DNA from: Macrostomum hystrix
Lineage: Eukaryota > Animalia > Platyhelminthes
Direction: 5' to 3'
DNA length: 64,000 nt
Assembly (NCBI GenBank): GCA_950097015.1
Contig: CATNEN010000038.1
Location: 21,948,001 to 22,012,000 of the forward strand
Shown piece after piece: positions 57,604 through 64,000 of the stretch. Position 1 is the first letter of the stretch. Every line of letters begins with the position of its first letter. Position numbers and translations under genes: made by a program. Below the pieces are notes generated by a model. That model was not told the DNA's origin, did no database searches, and saw only the letters and a list, made by a program, of their open reading frames with translations.

Positions 57604-59061
57604 TTACATGGTCCTCTGGCTGTCGCTAATTGAGCTCTTCATTGACTTATGCAACAATTTTTTCAGACATGGCGGGCAGTAAAACTCGTAGAACTTCTTC
57701 GACGGCAGAGCAATGAACACCGCATTCGTGTAATATGGAATTGTGAATGTGTACTGCGACAGTTTGTCCATCCACACATCTGAAAAACATTGAACAAAAT
57801 GGTAACTTACTAAAATATTTATTAGGATGTGATATTTTAACTTAAAATAATTCGACCAGCCCTCAAAACTTGATTGGTCAAGGCCACTCGGTTTCCCCAC
57901 GAGCCCCACAGTAAAAACTGTTAACATTTTTATATAAAAAGTTCCCCATTTTCGTAGTGTATTTCGTAGGGTCCTTCCCCTCCTAGTGGTCCTTTTTCGG
58001 TCCTTGACCTGAACCTTGGCAGAAACATTCTGGCAAATGAATAAAATAAGGTAATTTAGCAAAGCAAAGCAGAACTCACAGATCATATAGTCGCGACCTG
58101 GGCTAATACGCATGCTGACCACATAGCAGACCCTGGAAAAGAGAAAAAATATTAGGAATGACACATTCATACCCAACAAGAGGGCCGTGACTCGAATCTC
58201 CATCTTCTGCAGGCCGGTACTGTTAGCCGCTTGCATGCCCATCTCCAGTCTGCTTCTCTTGGCTTCAAACAGGGCGACAATAATCACTATGGAAGAAGAC
58301 AGAGTCATTAGGCAGACCAGGAAAATGATTACGAGCATGACAATGTAGCCAACGAATAGCAGCGACAAATTAGTTGCAGCTGCGGCTGAATTGGGCATCT
58401 GGCAGAAGGCTTGCAGCACTCTGACACCGCCGAGTGTTGTCACCCAGCCGGAGCTCGTGCCCAAGACGCTGTTGATCTGCAGCGTCGTGAACAGCACCGC
58501 AGCGGTGGCTGAGAAAGCCGCAGCTAATAGCATCAAGCACCTGTCGCGAAACTTCGTCACCACCGCCTTGGCCATCAATGGATACTTGACTACGTAGGCG
58601 CGAATCAGCGAACAGATGGCTAAGGCTACGGGAGACAGAATCAATGGAAAGTACAACACTAGAAAGAAAATCTTGCACATCGCCTTCTGAAGCTCGGCAT
58701 CCTCTAGCCGACGGAGGCCCCACAGTGCCATGGCGAAGTCGAAGCCGGGGCTAGATGTCCTGTCCAGATCCGAGTAGTAGAAATCCAGCGTCACCAGCTC
58801 ATAGAGGCGGTACAGGGTGCTGGCCATATCGGCTCCTAGAATCAACAAGAACCAGCTCCTGGCAGATCTTGAGTAACCAGAGTTGCCTCTAACTAGAAAT
58901 ATGACGGTCATGACTTGCAGCAGAAAGCCGAGAGGAAAGCCTGCAGCTTTGACTAAGCCGCCATAATACTGGAACTCTGCCTGGAGTTCAGTGCGGGCCA
59001 CAATGTACCACACGTTGAGCAGGACGGAATCTGGCACTGTTCTATTGAGTCGTTTCGCCAT
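57604..59061 (-). CDS. Rhodopsin-like (class A) orphan/peptide-type GPCR; exons 59061-58080 and 57779-57604 (~385 aa)
   Basis: Seven hydrophobic segments; ICSLIRAYVVKYPL (E/DRY..V..P equivalent), TM3 Cys, TM7 PYYTNAVF...SKKF; GTGAGT donor at 58079 and TTTTTCAG acceptor at 57780 are in phase. Confidence 0.85.
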   Translation of the reverse strand: MAKRLNRTVPDSVLLNVWYIVARTELQAEFQYYGGLVKAAGFPLGFLLQVMTVIFLVRGNSGYSRSARSWFLLILGADMASTLYRLYELVTLDFYYSDLDRTSSPGFDFAMALWGLRRLEDAELQKAMCKIFFLVLYFPLILSPVALAICSLIRAYVVKYPLMAKAVVTKFRDRCLMLLAAAFSATAAVLFTTLQINSVLGTSSGWVTTLGGVRVLQAFCQMPNSAAAATNLSLLFVGYIVMLVIIFLVCLMTLSSSIVIIVALFEAKRSRLEMGMQAANSTGLQKMEIRVTALLLGMNVSFLIFFLFSRVCYVVSMRISPGRDYMICEFCFALLNYLILFICQNVSAKVQVKDRKRTTRRGRTLRNTLRKWGTFYIKMLTVFTVGLVGKPSGLDQSSFEGWSNYFKLKYHILINILVSYHFVQCFSDVWMDKLSQYTFTIPYYTNAVFIALPSKKFYEFYCPPCLKKLLHKSMKSSISDSQRTM

Positions 59062-60039
59062 GAACGCAGAGAAGACTGGAAGTTAGAGATGCGCGCATTT
59101 CAGCATTTCATCATGTGTTTAATTATTTTGATTTGCAGGAGGCAATTCTGTCTCTTCTGAGGAATCCTGAGCACACACGTCGAGCAGTGTGCACCACTGT
59201 ATGTGCATTGGAGGTTGGCCCTCAAGGAATTGGGTTCAGGGACACTGGTGCGAGAAGCGAACGCGTAAGTCCGCTCAGCCACTCACACCCCTCATTGGCG
59301 CGCTTTTGCTAAAGTGCATCTTCTATCACAATCGTTGAATATCTCGAATTTTCGGAGCTTTGACGACTTAAATATTGTTTCATAAAGTCTAACTAAAATC
59401 TTGCTCGAGTTCTAGAATTTCGTGAGTCTTACCAGAATAGTCTCCATAAAATCTTTGCGTCATGATTTCGATTTAGTGTCTTTGACTTCGACAACGAATT
59501 ATAGATGCCACGTCAGACAGAATCTGTTCCACTGGTCTCTCTAAAGACGTCTCTCTACTGATTTTATAGACAAATTTCAGCCCGTATTTTGAAGCCCTGG
59601 AAGCGAACAAGACTGTTTTCACTTTGTGCTCATTTGAGAAGCTTCAAGCCATGCAAAAATATTCTGTTTCTTCTGTGCACTTTGAGGTCTTCAATCGCAT
59701 TTGGTCGAAACAACAGCTACAAAATACTCGCATTATATTTCTGGGTGTGTCCTTTGAATTTGATTTTTCGTTTTAATGCATTTAACTTCGATCTTTAGTT
59801 ATCAAGTATCACTTGGAGACAAAAACTCAAACGAAAAGCAATATAGCTTGTCATGCGAACGTCATAAATAGGACGCAACTGTGCTAAAAATTCGAGGATC
59901 AACTCTCGAACCCAAGTCCCTGAGCGAGGCTAAATTTATTTCGGGTGCTTGGCAACTACAGTGAGTCTTGGGTCGCTCAATTTACTCCCATTAAGATAGA
60001 TACGTTCAGCTTGGATAAATAAAAAATATATTTAAGTGA

Positions 60040-61225
60040 AGCAAGCCTCATGCCTCGCTCCGCTTTTTGACTTAGCTGCAGGGTGGTCCATGGACGCAGC
60101 GGGGAGGCGAGGATCGCCCATACCGCTAACCTCTGTATGCCCGCAGACAGGCAATGGCGCGGGGCCGGTCAGGGTGGTCCGCCGGTCCGTCCTGCAGCGT
60201 TGTCTTCCGTAGGGAAGAACGTGGCTCGTCTTGAACGTGGCGTGACTCAGCCTGACCGTGTTGTTACGGGCCAGGAGGTTGAGTTGCCGGGCACAGTCAG
60301 CGACTGTCCGGGAGCACGTGGTGGTGCGGCAAAGGGCTTGTAAGGCCGCTTGGTTGTCAGAGTGGATGTTGCCCGGAGGAACTGGACGAGCCGTGGAATG
60401 CTGTCGGGCTGGCAGATCTCGTCCATAGACGGGTTGGGCCTTAGGTAGCGTAGCCGGTCTCTGTTAAAGAAAGGGCAGTGACACACAAAGTGCTCAGCAT
60501 CATCGTTGTCGTACTCACAGAATGGGCACAGTTCACTCTCAAGGTCGCCCCGGAGGAAACAGTGCCTAGCGAGGTAGCCGTGGCCCGTGAGGGTCATGGC
60601 GAGGGCGCGGATATCCTTCCGATCCGGTTTTGGTTCAAAAGGATGTTCCTAAGCATGCGAGACGGGCGCGGAACTCCGGCACGAGATTGCCGACAGTTCT
60701 GGGTGCCCGCCCATCTGTCCCTGTGGAGGGACTCAGCCCAGTCATCAATGAGGCGATTGATGACCGTGATGGGGATCGGGACCAGGGGAGCAGAGCCCAG
60801 GAGAGAGCCAGAGCCACCTTGCTTGGCAAGGGTATCCGCTAGCTCGTTCCCTGGGAAGCCCGCATGCCCTGGGATCCAGCTCAGCCTGACCGTGTTGTTT
60901 CGGGCCAGGAAGTTGAGTTGCCTGGCACAGTCAGCGACTGTCCGGGAGCACGTGGTGGTGCGGCAAAGGGCTTGTAAGGCCGCTTGGCTGTCAGAAAGGA
61001 TGATGATAGTCTCTCCTCTCGTATTCCTGGCATTCATCTCTGCGGCAGAGGAGCTGATGGCAAGGATTTCATTCTGGAAGACCGTAGAAAGTCTCCCAGT
61101 ATGTTGGGCATGCGTGGCGACGACGCGGCCGTTGATCAGGATGCAGACCCCAAAGCCGGCAAGGCCGTCTTTAAGGGATCCGTCCGTATAGCAGTGGACC
61201 TCCTGGTGGTTCCAGTGGTCGTTAC
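60040..61225 (-). mobile_element. 5'-truncated non-LTR retrotransposon (I/R1/LOA-like group): RNase H and C-terminal zinc knuckle
   Basis: YTDGS, TVFQNEILAI, SDSQAAL, WIPGHAGFPGNELADTLAK; after a frameshift at ~60600 LTGHGYLARH...CPFC...EHFVCHCP. Confidence 0.9.
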
Positions 61226-62216
61226 TTGCTTGCAAGCAGAATGTATGCCTTCCTGCTATCTATGACAGATGGAGGAAACAATTGGCAACATCAAAGCGAA
61301 GGGAAATTAAAACAAGAGAAGGGAGAGAAAAGGTGCAAGGTAGAGGAACAGTCGAGAAGGGGACAGACCAAGAAGGTAGCAAATAGAACAGACAAGGAGG
61401 AGGGAAGAAAGAAATAATGACAAAGGTCAAAATCCAAGAGGCGAAAGGGCTTCTCGAGCTTGCTATAAATAAAGTTAGAAAATTGGATATCCTTATTGTG
61501 CTTTTGGGAGAGAGACAGTCAAGCCTATTTTGTATAGTCAGGGAGAGTAAGGTTTTACTTTTTTTGTCGTAGCAAGAAGGATATGCCTAAGTATTTGGAT
61601 GAACAAAACTCTGAAAATGTTATTCGCCATGCCTGAATTGCTAAACTAACAGATCGAGCACAAGAAAGTTATTGGACCTTTAAATTTCTAAGTTCAAAAA
61701 ATAAACAAAAGGTGCATATTCTTTGTAGTAATGAAAGTCTTGAGTAAATTGTACAGTTTAACGAAATTTAGCATTTTTATACCAACGCTTAGTAAAGCTT
61801 TAAGAATAAAAAAATATATTGCTAATATACACAATAAATATAACTTTCAGTTTACAATCAGTATATACTAAACTGAAACCCGGCTATTTTTGTGCAACTT
61901 GCAGTGTCGCGAATTACCATTTACTGCAATGCCAGTTGCGTTTTGTCCTGCTTTGCTCGTGTAAAATAAATGCATGGTTTCCAAATAAAGTTATTGTTAT
62001 ATTCCAAAACTGGATAGTAACAGTGGACACAGTAGAAGTTGCTTCAGTTAAGGACACAGTTAAAGTTTAGTTGCTTTATTTGTACAATATTTTAGCACGT
62101 TATAAGCATATAATGTTTATACTCAATACTTTTATATTTTAAATAACTTTTGCTTCCACTGAGCAAAGTAGTTCGATACTTTAACTGCTGAAAACTTGGA
62201 AACGCCCGAATTGACA

Positions 62217-63625
62217 ATGGTAAGTTTAATTATGCGTGTATTAGTGACTAAAAAAGACTGTAAAAAAATTATTGAACTGCAGGGTGGCTTCAACTTTTTC
62301 TTAGCTTAGCTCATCTACATTATGTTTGCAAAAGTAAATAAAGCTTGAAATAGCCACTAGGTCCTTTGTTAAGTTTGATTAATGTAGAGTGTATCTAAAT
62401 GATTATTATTTTGCATTGACCAACTTTCGACAAAACTTGGTTATTTTTCCTACGCTTTGATATAGGTCCTTGGTACAGTATATAGTGAAAACTTTGAAAG
62501 TTAATACTTTATTGTCTATTTACTCTGCTAACTTTTGTTTACATAATATTTATGCTATACCTATAATATTCATTTATAAACTTTTAGAAATTTGTAACAA
62601 AATGTACTTAGCATACACATTTCCAGGCAAAAGAGCACATGCTTGTCACCTGGCTTAAAACCAGGCTTAATGAGGGTCGCTTTCAACGACTAGCCTGGGT
62701 GGACAGGGATGCTGGCATCTTCACAATGTCCTGGATGCATCACAATAGCAGTTCATGGCAGGCGGAGGAATTCGAGGTATTCGACAAGTTTAGTTTAAAA
62801 CCTTTAAAAAACTACCTTTTAAGTTTTTTTAATTAAAAAAATCTGTACAAACCTTTCTGCCGCCAGGTGTTTTTAGATTGGGAAAAATACAGTAATAGGA
62901 ACAAGGCAAATAAAAAATTCAAACCCGATAACGGAAAAAGTGCAAAATTAGGCACCTGCAGCGATTGGACAGCTTGTAAGGCTCGACTGCGTTGCGCAAT
63001 CAACAAAAGCACGTGAGATTATCGTCATTTTCGTTTCTGTGACAAATTACACGATCCTCCTCCATGCGGACGACAATGATCCCAGTATCCCATATATGAT
63101 GCCATAAACACGGGAGCAGGATGCTGATAGGAAGAGGATAATATTCACAGGAAGGGGATAATCATCCCATAATATCACGGGGTAGGGGTAAAAATCGGTT
63201 AATAAAAGCTTCTAAAATCAGCCCTAAAACATTTCAGTCGAGTGAAGATCCTCGACAAGAAGCCGAAGGATGGCCGGCGAACATTCCAGCTGCTCGACTA
63301 TCAGAGTGAGCAGTCCAACTCAATGCAGCAGCGGCAGCGCCAGAAACTGCTGCAGCAACAGCAAAAGCAGCAGCAGCAACAACAGCGGGAGAGGCTGCAG
63401 AGGCTGAGCCAGGAGCTAGCCGACGCCATCGCTTGTGGTGGCTGCTGCTCCAGTTGGAATGACACAGAGGACGGCCTGTGGTTGTCCGATCCGTCTAGTC
63501 CATATCGGCACAGCTTCCTGTTGGTGCTTCATCACATGGAGCAGCGCCTGTTTTACAGACTAGTTAATTTCCCCCGCGGAGCTATCATATTGCCGGCTGA
63601 TGATAATCTGACTGAGGATCTGGGG
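62217..63625 (+). CDS. IRF: Interferon regulatory factor-family transcription factor, 5' part; exons 62217-62219 (ATG), 62627-62776, 62867-63012, 63238-~63625; probably continues beyond the window
   Basis: Trp-repeat DNA-binding domain LVTWL...LAWVD...FTMSWMH...VFLDW...DWTACKARLRCAINKS...RTFQLL; phase-consistent GT-AG introns; poly-Q followed by the possible start of an IAD-like domain. Confidence 0.88.
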
Positions 63626-63654
63626 TATGGATTTCTACATGAAATAAGCCGACA

Positions 63655-63836
63655 GCTGCTATTGCGCTGCGCATCTGAAGGCTGCGTACAGCTGTTCAGT
63701 CCATGGACTGGGGGGACGCCACACCCGCCAGCAATGCAGAGTTAAGTGTCTTGCTAAAGGAGACTAAATTGTTCCAGTGGAGTTGGGGATTGAACCCCCC
63801 ACCTTGAAGTCATTAGCCCGTAGCTCTCACCACCAG
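63655..63836 (-). mobile_element. tRNA-derived SINE, with an inverted partial copy at ~63895-63960
   Basis: Minus-strand A-box-like TGGTGGTGAGAGC, B-box GGTTCAATCCC and core-like CCTTTAGCAAGACACTTAAC; 63897-63957 is the reverse complement of ~63655-63712. Confidence 0.65.
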
Positions 63837-64000
63837 GATACAACCCCTTCAACATGGTGAGAATGAGTAAAAACCTTAATATGCATGGCCGCTTCACCCA
63901 GTCCATGGACTGAACAGCTGCTGTACGCAGCCTTCTGATGCGCCGCGCAATAGCTGCGGTTGTACCAGTGGCTGTAAATATCCATATAGCTGTATTTTAA

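Overview
This is animal genomic DNA rich in repeats, not prokaryotic. Minisatellite-filled introns, Ala/Gln-rich exons and an apparently spliced-leader-dependent gene suggest a flatworm such as Macrostomum (inference). The left 35 kb holds two large DNA transposons whose ends can be read directly. (1) A 15.75-kb EnSpm/CMC-type element at 3122-18876 has CCC...GGG termini, a 2-bp AA target duplication and ~550-bp TIRs containing 190-bp arrays. About half of it is satellite, and its transposase frame is broken by a 10-bp VNTR and a 1-nt insertion. (2) A Helitron2/Helentron at ~20035-35225 has 12-bp subterminal inverted repeats, GCGAAGC hairpins and an intact 2091-aa OTU-Rep-Pif1 ORF. An apparently identical 5.8-kb tandem duplication inside it creates a second, helicase-less OTU-Rep ORF. 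The right part holds five spliced host genes: a GABA-B/GPR156-like class C GPCR with no extracellular domain, CTU2 (no in-frame genomic ATG seen, so a candidate for a spliced-leader-donated AUG), a secreted fibrinogen-related protein with two copies of an unrecognised ~95-aa N-terminal domain, a rhodopsin-like GPCR, and the 5' part of an IRF transcription factor. Interspersed are Crypton-like and DIRS-like recombinase relics, a non-autonomous canonical Helitron with a nested hAT-like MITE, a LINE RNase H fragment, SINEs and many minisatellites. All calls were made by eye from motifs and splice-phase arithmetic; no database search was run.
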